Positions 9,550 through 18,896 of a stretch of DNA of 35,040 bases are shown here, piece after piece. The notes beneath the pieces were generated by a model. That model saw only the letters and a list, made by a program, of their open reading frames with translations. It did not search any database and had not been told where the DNA came from. The first letter of the stretch is position 1. Each line of letters begins with the position of its first letter. This DNA comes from Candidatus Pelagibacterales bacterium (GTDB lineage Bacteria; Pseudomonadota; Alphaproteobacteria; TMED109): assembly GCA_002714055.1 (NCBI GenBank), contig PAWH01000005.1, forward strand, positions 7,975 to 43,014, given 5' to 3'. A program made the position numbers and the translations under genes.

Positions 9550-10365
9550 GACGATTCTCAATATTTTTTTTACAATCCATTTTTTTTTTAAAGCAATTTC
9601 TTCAATACAAGCAATTTGTGACCCTTGTCTTCTTTGTGTTAAATTAACAAAATTATTTGCGGCTAATAAAGTTTCAGAAGTTCCTGTATCAAGCCAAGAA
9701 AATTCCCTTCCTAAATGTTCTACAAAAAGTTTGTTTTCATTTAAATATTTAATATTTACATCCGTTATTTCTAACTCTCCACGTTTAGATGGTTTTAACT
9801 TTTTCACAATATCTATTACTTTATTGTCATAAAAATATAAACCGGTAGCAATTAAATTTGATTTAGGATTGTTTGGTTTCTCAACTATTGAAATAACCTT
9901 ATTATTTTTTCCAATTTCTAAAACTCCGAATCTTTTTGGATCTTTTACTGGAAAAGAAAATATTGTTGCGCCAGTTTGTCTTTTTTTTGCATTAGATAAA
10001 ACTTTTGAAAAACTTGGACCGTAAAATACATTATCACCTAAAACAAGAGCAACGTTGTCTCTTTTTATAAAATTTTTTCCAATATTAAAAGCATCCGCTA
10101 TGCCACTGGGTTTTTTTTGTATTGCGTATGATATCTCTAAACCTAAATCTTCTCCATTACCTAACAGTTCAAAAAAGCTTTTTTTATCTTTATTTCTAAC
10201 AATTATTAAAATTTTCCTTATATCTGCGATCATTAATGTGGAAAGAGAATAAAAAATCATTGGTTTGTCATAAATAGGTAACAACTGTTTATTAACTGCT
10301 AAAGTTGTTGGAAAAAGACGTGAAGCACTTCCAGCTGCTAAAACTATACCTTTATATTGAATCAT
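9547..10365 (-). CDS. rfbA: Glucose-1-phosphate thymidylyltransferase
   Basis: MIQYKGIVLAAGSASRLFPTT..NKQLLPIYDKPMIFY, LGDNVFYG, and EITDVN. The start is set at ATG 10365, which overlaps the rfbB stop as ATGA (10362-10365). The longer ORF-track start at 10440 would overlap rfbB by 79 nt. Confidence 0.85.
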   Translation of the reverse strand: MIQYKGIVLAAGSASRLFPTTLAVNKQLLPIYDKPMIFYSLSTLMIADIRKILIIVRNKDKKSFFELLGNGEDLGLEISYAIQKKPSGIADAFNIGKNFIKRDNVALVLGDNVFYGPSFSKVLSNAKKRQTGATIFSFPVKDPKRFGVLEIGKNNKVISIVEKPNNPKSNLIATGLYFYDNKVIDIVKKLKPSKRGELEITDVNIKYLNENKLFVEHLGREFSWLDTGTSETLLAANNFVNLTQRRQGSQIACIEEIALKKKWIVKKILRIV

Positions 10366-11414
10366 AGTTTTCCTAATCTCTCGCCGGAATAGGAATTCTT
10401 GAGAATTGATTTCCACCATGATTTGTTTGCTAGATACCAATCTACAGTTTTTTCTATACCATGATTAAAATTAATTTTTGGTTTCCATTTTACTTCTTTT
10501 CTAATTTTATTAATATTAACAGAGTATCTTTGGTCGTGGGCTGGTCTGTCTTTGACATATTTTATTAAAGATAAATATGACTTATTATTTTTCCTTGGTT
10601 TCCTTTTATCTAAAATTGTACAAATTTTTTTAACAACACTTATATTTGTTAATTGATTTTCTCCCCCAATATTATATATTTCTCCAATTTTACCAAACTT
10701 TAGAATCTCATAGATAGCATCAACGTGATCTTCAACGTAGATCCAGTCTCTAATTTGATTACCTTTACCATATACTGGCAAATCTTTTTCTTGAATAGAA
10801 TTAATGATCATTAAAGGAATTAATTTTTCTGGAAACTGATACGGTCCGTAATTATTAGAACATCTAGTAATAATAATTGGAAATTTATAAGTTTTATAAA
10901 ATGCCATTATGATTTCATCAGCAGCTGCTTTTGAAGCTGAATACGGAGAGCTTGTTATATATTTTGATCTTTCATTAGCTGATCCTTTATCAATGCTGCC
11001 GTACACTTCGTCTGTTGAAATTTGTATAAATTTAAATTTATTTTTTAAATTTAATCCTAAATTAATCCAATAGTTTTTAATTTCATTAATAAGATGTGAA
11101 ACACCAAAAACATTAGTTCTTACAAATGGCATAGGATTATCAATTGATCTATCAACATGTGTTTCTGCTGCAAAATTTATAATATATAGCGGCTTATATA
11201 ACCTTAAAATTTTTCTAATGGAAACAGAATCTATTATATTTGATCGAATAAATTTATAATTTCTAAATTTATTTAAATCATTTATATTTTTGTTTGATGA
11301 TGCGTAAGTTAAAGCATCGATATTAACAACGAAAAAATTTTTGTTAATTACTTTTCTAATATAATTAGAACCTATGAAACCTGCTCCGCCAAAAATTAAA
11401 ATATTTTTTTTCAT
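10362..11414 (-). CDS. rfbB: dTDP-glucose 4,6-dehydratase
   Basis: ILIFGGAGFIGSNY, ISTDEVYG, and YSASKAAAD (YxxxK). 350 aa. Confidence 0.9.
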   Translation of the reverse strand: MKKNILIFGGAGFIGSNYIRKVINKNFFVVNIDALTYASSNKNINDLNKFRNYKFIRSNIIDSVSIRKILRLYKPLYIINFAAETHVDRSIDNPMPFVRTNVFGVSHLINEIKNYWINLGLNLKNKFKFIQISTDEVYGSIDKGSANERSKYITSSPYSASKAAADEIIMAFYKTYKFPIIITRCSNNYGPYQFPEKLIPLMIINSIQEKDLPVYGKGNQIRDWIYVEDHVDAIYEILKFGKIGEIYNIGGENQLTNISVVKKICTILDKRKPRKNNKSYLSLIKYVKDRPAHDQRYSVNINKIRKEVKWKPKINFNHGIEKTVDWYLANKSWWKSILKNSYSGERLGKL

Positions 11415-11492
11415 ATTATATTTATATGTATTAATTTAAAATCATTCATATTTTTTATTTAATTTTTCTGCATAATAAAAATCTTATTCTTA

Positions 11493-12617
11493 TTACAAAT
11501 TAATTAAATGTTTTTTTGTTCCATCTATTGCATAATAAATTTTTGACATACGATTAACATGATTTTTAACATTAAATTTTTTTTTTGCAAATTTTTCTGC
11601 TCTAAAAATTATTTTTTTAAGATCTTTTTTTTTTGAATTTAAAATTTTAATAGAAATATTTGTAAGCTCTTGCAAATTATTTCTCTTAACCAACCATCCG
11701 TTAAAATTATTTTTAATAATTTCTTTATGTGCTCCAGAGTCAACAGCAACAACTGGTGTTTTTGAGAGCATTCCTTCTACAATTGTTCTATTAAAGCCCT
11801 CATTCTCAGATGTTAGAATGAGTAAATCACAATTTTTTAGCCAAAATTCTTTATACCTTGAAAATCCTACATAAATTATTTTTTCGTTTATTCTTTTTGA
11901 TAAAATTTTCTTTAATATTTTTTTTTTATCAGATCCGACAATAAAAAAAATAGAGTTAGTTAGAATTTTAGATATAGCTTGAGCAGTCTTAATAAAAAGA
12001 TCTACTCTTTTACTTTCAATTATATTGGCAAGAAATAAAACTTTTTTTATTTTTTTATCCTTTAAATATTTGTTTGATAATTTATTTTTTTTTGATTTAT
12101 TTATAGTTACTGGATTAAATATTTTTAAAGATTTTTTTTTATTAAATTTAGGAAGACTATTAAAAACAAAATCAGATATACAGATAATATTTTCAGTAAA
12201 AAAAAACAAAATATTGTGAAGTGCCCATTTAGGGAAAACAATTCTTTGATGCCACACTAATTTTGCTCTACTAATTTTTGTTGGTAATATCCAGGACAAG
12301 CCAGCACTAGAGTCATTTAAATGAATAATATCTATATTTTTTTTATTTATATAAGGAGTTATTTTTAAGATATTTTTAAAAATAATTATTAAATTTCTTA
12401 ATACCCCTTTCTTTTTTCCAACAAAATCATCTAATTTTAAAAACTGTGGTTTTAAACCTTCGTTGATTAAATGTGGGTGCAGTATGTCTTTTTTATGCAA
12501 TAAAGGAATTGCTTCAAATTTCTTTTTATCTAATTTCTTTATTAATTCTATAGAAGATAAATGACTGCCGCCTATGCTGTCTCCAACAAAGGGATAACAA
12601 ATACGTATTTTTTTCAT
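11493..12617 (-). CDS. Glycosyltransferase, GT-B fold (family 4 / group 1)
   Basis: PFVGDSIGGSHLS N-terminus and EX7E motif SENEGFNRTIVEGM. 374 aa. Confidence 0.8.
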   Translation of the reverse strand: MKKIRICYPFVGDSIGGSHLSSIELIKKLDKKKFEAIPLLHKKDILHPHLINEGLKPQFLKLDDFVGKKKGVLRNLIIIFKNILKITPYINKKNIDIIHLNDSSAGLSWILPTKISRAKLVWHQRIVFPKWALHNILFFFTENIICISDFVFNSLPKFNKKKSLKIFNPVTINKSKKNKLSNKYLKDKKIKKVLFLANIIESKRVDLFIKTAQAISKILTNSIFFIVGSDKKKILKKILSKRINEKIIYVGFSRYKEFWLKNCDLLILTSENEGFNRTIVEGMLSKTPVVAVDSGAHKEIIKNNFNGWLVKRNNLQELTNISIKILNSKKKDLKKIIFRAEKFAKKKFNVKNHVNRMSKIYYAIDGTKKHLINL

Positions 12618-12623
12618 TTTTTA

Positions 12624-14403
12624 TTAATTTTTTTCATCAATTAGTTTTAAGAAATAATTTATTGAAATTAATGACATCGTAAATTGATCATATTCATAAT
12701 GTTTTTCTTCCATTAATTTTTTTAAATGTTTTTTTATTTCAGAAAAGTCTAAAAAGCTTATTTGAGACAATCTTTCACTATTTATTGTATCTTCGATATA
12801 TTCTGCCCAGTCATTTTTGAATAAATACCCTATAGGTAACCCCATTCTTTCAAAAGAATCATCTTTAGTTTTTTTTTTTATAATTTTTCTTTTTAAAAAA
12901 TTTAAAGTTTGAAAAATTGTTTTTCTATAACTAGAGTATTCTATTGGCATGTTAGTATTAGAACTTATTAATTTTGCAAGCTTTGGACTTAATTTTTTTA
13001 AACTTAATCTTTGAATTCTTGAATCAAACCTATATTCCCAAGGTAATCTTTGATAAAAATCAAATAAATCATTATCAAATAAAGGTGTTCTAATTTTTAT
13101 ACTAGAATTCATAGAAATAATATCAGAACGACTGTAATGTCTTGCTAAATCATGAAAAGTTAAAAATTCATATAAATCATTCTTAGAATTACAAAATTTT
13201 TTTCCTATATCTCTTATTTGTTCTAGTTCATGTCTTAATTTTTCCATCATTAACTTATAATTTTTCTTTTTTACAAAATCAAAAATATTAGCTCCTTTAG
13301 TTTTATATGGAATATTGTTCAAAAAATATTCAACTACGTTTTTAATTTTAACAGGGATTATTAAATCAAATTTTTTATTAATTAGTGTCAATTTTTTTCT
13401 AGGTAAATACATGCCTTGGAAAGCATAATCAAAACCATGACCATGTAAACAAACATCTACTTTTTTTTTAATATCCTTTCCATGATTATAAAATAAACAT
13501 TGCGGTTCATACGTTGCACTGGTTGAATAAATTGCTTCAGGAAAAGATTTTTTATAATGGTTTTTTTTATTTATAATAAAATAATGTGGAGTCTTAGCAA
13601 TACGCGCTGCTTCTTTAGCAACTTTAACTTCTCTATTTTTAAATGAATTTATTGTAAAAGTAGATAAATTAAAATTATTTTTTCTTGCACAAGCTAGTAT
13701 TAATCTGGTATCCATTCCTCCGCTTAAAAATAAACCAAATCTATTTTTATCAGACATTTTTTTTTTTTAAAGAATTTGTTAAGTGAAATATTAATTCATC
13801 ACTTGATTTATCAATATTTTTTTTGGTCTTTTGAATAAAATTAGGGTTCCAATATATTGTTTTGTATATTTTCTTTTCTTCAAATATTAATTTTGATGCG
13901 GGTGTTAATATTTTAACATTTTTGGCTGTTGTTTTTTCACCAAAATTTCTTCTAAATAATAGCAATTCAAATAACGAATCTTCATTTATTTTAAATAATC
14001 CTAGTTCTTTTAATCTAATAATTATTTCAAAAAGATTTAATGAAATCAAAAATATATTTTTATCTTTATAATACCATATAGTTGGAAAATTAAATCTACT
14101 TGAAATTATCTCAATTTTTTTTTTTGACAAAGAAATAATAACAAATTCACCGTCAACCTTTTTTAACCATTTATTTTTATTTTTATTATTTATAAATGAA
14201 AAAACAAAGTGTTTATTGCTAATTTTATTATTTATGATCGGATTACCTATAATGCATAATTTGTTATTAAAAAAATTATAAAAAGAAATATCTAAATTTT
14301 CTTTTTTATATTTTAAATAAGCAAAATCTTTTCCAAACTTTGACCAGATCTTGTTTTTATTCTTATATTTTGATATTTCTAAAATAAAACTAGGTAATGG
14401 CAT
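12624..14403 (-). pseudogene. AsnB-like amidoligase lacking the N-terminal Cys nucleophile, split by a frameshift in an A12 tract (genuine or a sequencing artefact)
   Basis: ORFs 13750-14403 and 12624-13757 overlap by 8 nt at T12 (+ strand 13757-13768). Removing one A gives ...ELIFHLTNSLKKKMSDKNRFGLFLSGGMDTRL. This parallels the two intact paralogues at the same position (..LISDVPLGSFLSGGIDSS and ..LYSDAKKCLFLSSGIDSS). The combined length of about 593 aa matches them. The N-terminus is MPLPSF, with no Cys2. Confidence 0.65.
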
Positions 14404-16182
14404 TTAACTTTTTAAAAAATCATTTACTATTTCTTTTCTAACTAAAAATCTTGTCCAACTTGGGTTTTGATTTAACTTCTTTTCTTTCAGATTATTAGTT
14501 ATTGAATCAGAAGAATATTTTTTATTCTTTTGTAAAAAATCTTCAAAAGGATATACAAACCCTTTTTTAAAACCAAAAATAAGTTTCTTTGGTAAGTATC
14601 GTTCTAAAATTTTCCTAAATATGAATTTTTGCGTTTTATATTTGTTATATTTAAATTTAGAAGCACTAAATAATGAAATTAAATTAGAGTTTAAATATGG
14701 AGATCTAAATTCATAGCCTGCTCTCATTCCACCATGATCAAACGTGATAAGTCGGCTGTTTGGCATCACATTTTTAAAATCAAAATTTTCTACACTTTTA
14801 AATAAATTATTTCCAGTAAAACTAGAAAAACTTTTTTTAGCCCACTCCTCCATATAAGGTATTTCTTTTAACTGACTTATTAAATTAGTATTTTTTAAAG
14901 CGATATATAAAAACTCATTTTTTACACCAAAAATATTTCTAAAAATTTCTATCTTACTATTGTAGTTATTTAATGGTTTTAGAATGAATGATATAAATAA
15001 TCTAAGTTTCTCTGGCATTGCATACAGATTCTTATATTTTTTTATAAATGTTTGTTTTCTATAACCTGAAGATATTTCGTCGCCACCCATACCAGTTATA
15101 CCTACTTTATATTTAAGTTTTTTTGCTATAAGAGCCATTTGATAAGTGGGAATAATTGTTAAATTATCATTAGGTTGCCCGTACATAGTTAATAAATAGT
15201 TTGTATCAACTTTTTTATCATCTAATTTACATGGTATTATTTGATGGGGTAGTTTTAAATAGTTAGCTATTTTTTTAGCTTCTTTAGTTTCATCTAAAGA
15301 TTTAGATTTGCCAAAACCTACTGTTATTGTATGAATATTATTTTTTAACTCTTTTGAAATTATTGAAGCTAATAAAGAAGAATCAATCCCACTTGAAAGA
15401 AAAAGACACTTTTTTGCATCTGAATACAAGCGTGATTTTACACTTTTAATTATCTCATTATTTATATCATCAATATAATTCTCATTAATATCTACTAACT
15501 CTTTATGATTTATATTCTCGCTATAATTAAATTTTTTTTTAATAACTCCTTTTTTTAACAAAATAGCTGTTGCTGGCTCAACACAAAAGATATTTTTATA
15601 CGCAGTGTATGGGCTTGGGACATATCCTAAAGCTAAATAAGCTGCAAGTTTTTCATTATTTAAATCTTTTTCTTTTTTTAACAATTTAACTAAAGGATAT
15701 ATTTCTGAAGAAATATAGACGCCATCTTTTGTAGTTGCATAAAACAGTTGTTTTTCTCCAAATTTATCTCTTGCTATCCAAATATTTTTTCCATTCCAAA
15801 TAACAAATGCAAACATTCCATCTAAATAATTAAGGCAAGAATTATTAAGGTTTTGCCAATATTTTAATAAAACTTCGGTATCAGAATTTGAGCAAAATTT
15901 AATACCTTTTAGTTCTAACTCTTTTTTAATTTCAAGAAAATTATATATTTCTCCATTATAAGCTAATACATGCTTATTATTAATCATTGGTTGGTTTCCT
16001 TTTAAAGATAAATCCATAATAGATAATCTAGTGTGTCCTATGTAAACTCCTTCTTTTTTATTGTACCATTCCCCATCAGAGTCTGGGCCTCTGTGTTTTA
16101 ACATTTTTTTACCTTCTCTTCCTAATAAAATATCTTTTTTATTTAAAGGTCTTTTTAAAATAAATGAAAATATTCCACACAT
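14404..16182 (-). CDS. asnB: Asparagine synthase (glutamine-hydrolysing) family amidotransferase
   Basis: MCGIFSF N-terminal Cys2, SDTEVLL, and a variant PP-loop FLSSGIDSS. 592 aa. Confidence 0.8.
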   Translation of the reverse strand: MCGIFSFILKRPLNKKDILLGREGKKMLKHRGPDSDGEWYNKKEGVYIGHTRLSIMDLSLKGNQPMINNKHVLAYNGEIYNFLEIKKELELKGIKFCSNSDTEVLLKYWQNLNNSCLNYLDGMFAFVIWNGKNIWIARDKFGEKQLFYATTKDGVYISSEIYPLVKLLKKEKDLNNEKLAAYLALGYVPSPYTAYKNIFCVEPATAILLKKGVIKKKFNYSENINHKELVDINENYIDDINNEIIKSVKSRLYSDAKKCLFLSSGIDSSLLASIISKELKNNIHTITVGFGKSKSLDETKEAKKIANYLKLPHQIIPCKLDDKKVDTNYLLTMYGQPNDNLTIIPTYQMALIAKKLKYKVGITGMGGDEISSGYRKQTFIKKYKNLYAMPEKLRLFISFILKPLNNYNSKIEIFRNIFGVKNEFLYIALKNTNLISQLKEIPYMEEWAKKSFSSFTGNNLFKSVENFDFKNVMPNSRLITFDHGGMRAGYEFRSPYLNSNLISLFSASKFKYNKYKTQKFIFRKILERYLPKKLIFGFKKGFVYPFEDFLQKNKKYSSDSITNNLKEKKLNQNPSWTRFLVRKEIVNDFLKS

Positions 16183-16333
16183 AGTGCTATTGATATTTAT
16201 AACTTATTTTTTTTATTAATTGCACCATCCTCGAAGAAGAACAATGTTTTGCATAATAAATATAGTAATTTAAAAAGGAACGTATGTTTTTTAGGTTTAC
16301 TTTTTTTATATTATTTTTTTTCAAATTTTTTAA
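16183..16333 (-). promoter_or_regulatory. Largest non-coding gap in the minus-strand array. It is a candidate internal promoter or leader region upstream of the asnB-like gene.
   Basis: 151 bp with no long ORF, whereas most other junctions are 0-20 bp or overlap. It contains a locally G+C-richer stretch (ttgcaccatcctcgaagaagaac, about 16220-16242). No reliable -35/-10 call is possible in this composition. Confidence 0.25.
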
Positions 16334-17002
16334 CTATTTTCTTAAATATTTTTTTACTAATCTTAAATCAGATAAATAATTAATATCTATGGAAACCTTC
16401 TTCTTCATTTTATAAGGAATGATTTTATTACCATAAATTTTACCTTTTATAACCAAATTTTTTTTCATTATAAGAATAGCAGGGCCATTTCTTATTATAT
16501 ATTCTTTATTTTTATTATAAAAATCGATTTTATTATTAAAAAAACTTAAATACCCGTTTTTTTCAATCATAATTTTAGATTTTTCTCTAACATTTTTTTT
16601 TGTAGTTACACTTACGAGTGTGTCTGGTTTTTTTTTATAAAATAACTTTATTGCACTATCAATATCTTTGCCGGTTCTTAAAGGTGACGTTGGTTGTAAT
16701 AAAACAATTAATTTAACTTTTTTAAAAATTTTCTTTTTAATTACATGCTTTATTACTTCTAACATATTAACTTTATCACCTGATAATTTTTTCGGACGAA
16801 CAAAAGGAGCTTTTATATTTAAATCCTTTGATAACTTAATTATTTTTTTACTATCTGTAGTTACAACAATATCATCAAGTAATTTTGAATTTTTTGCAGC
16901 TTCTAATGTATATTGCACTAATGGCTTTCCATTTAATTTAAAAATATTTTTATTTCGTATTCTTTTTGAACCAGATCTAGCAGGTACTAATCCTATTATC
17001 AT
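16334..17002 (-). CDS. Acylneuraminate cytidylyltransferase family (CMP-ulosonic acid synthetase; NeuA/PseF/LegF-like)
   Basis: MIIGLVPARSGSKRIRNKNIFKLNGKPLVQYTL N-terminus and LLQPTSPLR. 222 aa. Confidence 0.8.
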   Translation of the reverse strand: MIIGLVPARSGSKRIRNKNIFKLNGKPLVQYTLEAAKNSKLLDDIVVTTDSKKIIKLSKDLNIKAPFVRPKKLSGDKVNMLEVIKHVIKKKIFKKVKLIVLLQPTSPLRTGKDIDSAIKLFYKKKPDTLVSVTTKKNVREKSKIMIEKNGYLSFFNNKIDFYNKNKEYIIRNGPAILIMKKNLVIKGKIYGNKIIPYKMKKKVSIDINYLSDLRLVKKYLRK

Positions 17003-17003
17003 T

Positions 17004-18005
17004 TTAATTTATTTTGCTATATAACTCGTGTTGGTAGCCAAGGACTTCTGTGTGTCTTAACCTTTCCTCATTTGTAAAGTTTCCTGGTAAATTAATTTTT
17101 TTTAATTTTTTTAAAAATGTTGGTAATTTTTTTTGAAAAATAGTGGTGTAATGTAAATATAAAATTATTCGTGGATTATTTCTTTTATTTTTTAACGGTC
17201 TACTACCATAATGATAACATGAACAAGTATCAACAAATGCCATTTGTTTTTTTGGTCCGGTTAATTCAATTGGGTTTGTGTTAAGATTAAGTTTTTCTAT
17301 ATATGAATCAGGAATTTTCATATTTCTTTTATTTACTAGTTTTAATCGTTTCAATTTTGAATATATAGTTTTAGATATATCGCTCGGATAAATGGTTAAA
17401 GGGCCAGAATATTTGTTCACAGGATATAAATTAATAAAAAGTTTTACTTGTTTTAGATCCTCACCATCTAAATGAAAACTTTGAGAATTTCCTTGGGAAA
17501 AATTTTCATTTGGTGAATACCATAAATTTGCAGTATTTAAAACTGGTTTTGTTCCTAAATATTTAGAAATTATATCAATAATATTTTTATCACAAGAAAA
17601 ATCAAAAATAGGGGTTGCAGTAGGATCTGTTAAATCAAGAACAATACTTCTTAAAAAATCTTTTTTAAATTTTTTGTTTAATAAATTATTTTTATTTCTT
17701 TTAAAGATTTCGTTTGCACAGTTAATTGCTTTTATAAATTTTTTATTATTTCCATTTGTTATTAAAAAACCTTTCTTTTTATCAATTGAATATTTTAAAT
17801 TTTTTTTTATATATTTTCTTTTACTAAATATTCTGTAATTAAGTATTTTTGAAAAAAAAGTATATAACTTAATAGCAATAAAATTATCTGGCACAAAATG
17901 CATACCTATATATTGAGGTTTTTTTATTAAACTTACCAACCTAGCAAAAAAGGTTTGTCCTGATTTAGGCAAGAAAGAAATTAATTTTTTTAAAAATTTT
18001 ATCAA
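17004..18005 (-). CDS. Putative Fe(II)/2-oxoglutarate-dependent dioxygenase (PhyH-like)
   Basis: HxD motif in SQSFHLDGED, followed by a distal His (CSCYHYGSRP). The start codon is TTG (18005-18003), overlapping the upstream stop as TTGA. 333 aa. Confidence 0.5.
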   Translation of the reverse strand: MIKFLKKLISFLPKSGQTFFARLVSLIKKPQYIGMHFVPDNFIAIKLYTFFSKILNYRIFSKRKYIKKNLKYSIDKKKGFLITNGNNKKFIKAINCANEIFKRNKNNLLNKKFKKDFLRSIVLDLTDPTATPIFDFSCDKNIIDIISKYLGTKPVLNTANLWYSPNENFSQGNSQSFHLDGEDLKQVKLFINLYPVNKYSGPLTIYPSDISKTIYSKLKRLKLVNKRNMKIPDSYIEKLNLNTNPIELTGPKKQMAFVDTCSCYHYGSRPLKNKRNNPRIILYLHYTTIFQKKLPTFLKKLKKINLPGNFTNEERLRHTEVLGYQHELYSKIN

Positions 18006-18880
18006 TTTCTAATTTCAACCCATAAATGGCTAGCTAATTTATTTGCTTCTACATAATTTATATAAAGATTTTCAAATTCTTTATCAAATATTTTTAATTT
18101 ATTCAACCCACTGGGTTTTTTATCTCTTAACCACAGTAACAAATTAGAAAAGTCCATTTCATGATAATAAGATATTTTATATTTTTTAATTCCTGATTTT
18201 TTTAAAAAAAAACTCATTGATTCTTCATTAAAATATAATGTATGTGCAGTTCGAAAATTAAAAGAACTGAAACTATCAGGTATTAAATTCATTAAAATAT
18301 CATTAAAATTTGGCGTTACTATATATGCAGTTCCATTTTTATTTAATATTTGTTTAATATTTTTTAAGAATTCAACAGGTTGATTAATATGCTCAATTAC
18401 ATCAAAGGAAACAATTATATCTGCTTTAATTTTTTTTTTAATTAAATCTTCTGGATAAGAAAAAGTTAAGTGTTTTTTTTTTAAATAACTATGCCAAAAG
18501 AATGCCGGTTCAACTGCTATAGTTTTAGAAGAATTTTTTTTAATATTGTTTAAAAAAGTTCCGCCTCCTGCCCCAAAATCAGCAACTACTTTTTTTTTAA
18601 ACTTTGTTTCTCCTATTTTTTTTATTTTTTTTTTAATCCTGCTTTTATGTAATTTATGGTAAATATTTATTTCAGATGAATTATTAAATTTTTTTCTATA
18701 TTCATTTGTTTCATAAAAACTTTTCTTTTTTGGTTTTTCAAGAAATTTTAAATTGCATTTATTGCAATTAAAAATGCGAAATTTATTCTTAGTTAATTTA
18801 CCGAAAGATCCACTTCTAATTCTACCATAGTAAATCGTTTTTAAATTTTTGTTATTACCGCAATGACACCTATTATTCAT
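18002..18880 (-). CDS. Class I SAM-dependent methyltransferase with an N-terminal zinc ribbon
   Basis: Cys pairs CHCG...CNKCN at the N-terminus. SAM motif VADFGAGGGTFLN. Post-motif IIVSFDVIEHI. Confidence 0.75.
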   Translation of the reverse strand: MNNRCHCGNNKNLKTIYYGRIRSGSFGKLTKNKFRIFNCNKCNLKFLEKPKKKSFYETNEYRKKFNNSSEINIYHKLHKSRIKKKIKKIGETKFKKKVVADFGAGGGTFLNNIKKNSSKTIAVEPAFFWHSYLKKKHLTFSYPEDLIKKKIKADIIVSFDVIEHINQPVEFLKNIKQILNKNGTAYIVTPNFNDILMNLIPDSFSSFNFRTAHTLYFNEESMSFFLKKSGIKKYKISYYHEMDFSNLLLWLRDKKPSGLNKLKIFDKEFENLYINYVEANKLASHLWVEIRN

Positions 18881-18896
18881 TTTTTTTAATTAAATT

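Noticed and set aside
10366-10440. The longer rfbA start at 10440 given by the ORF track, which adds a 25-aa N-terminal extension (MVSSKQIMVEINSQEFLFRREIRKT).
   Set aside because: The extension overlaps the 3' end of rfbB in another frame. The conserved RmlA N-terminus begins at MIQYKGIVLAAGSASRL, and that ATG forms a classic ATGA overlap with the rfbB stop.
12624-14403. The Cys-less AsnB homologue, considered as a lasso-peptide cyclase.
   Set aside because: The window has no adjacent transglutaminase-like leader protease, RRE protein, precursor peptide or ABC exporter. The glycan context and the two flanking AsnB paralogues make a sugar-amidating or ligating role more parsimonious.
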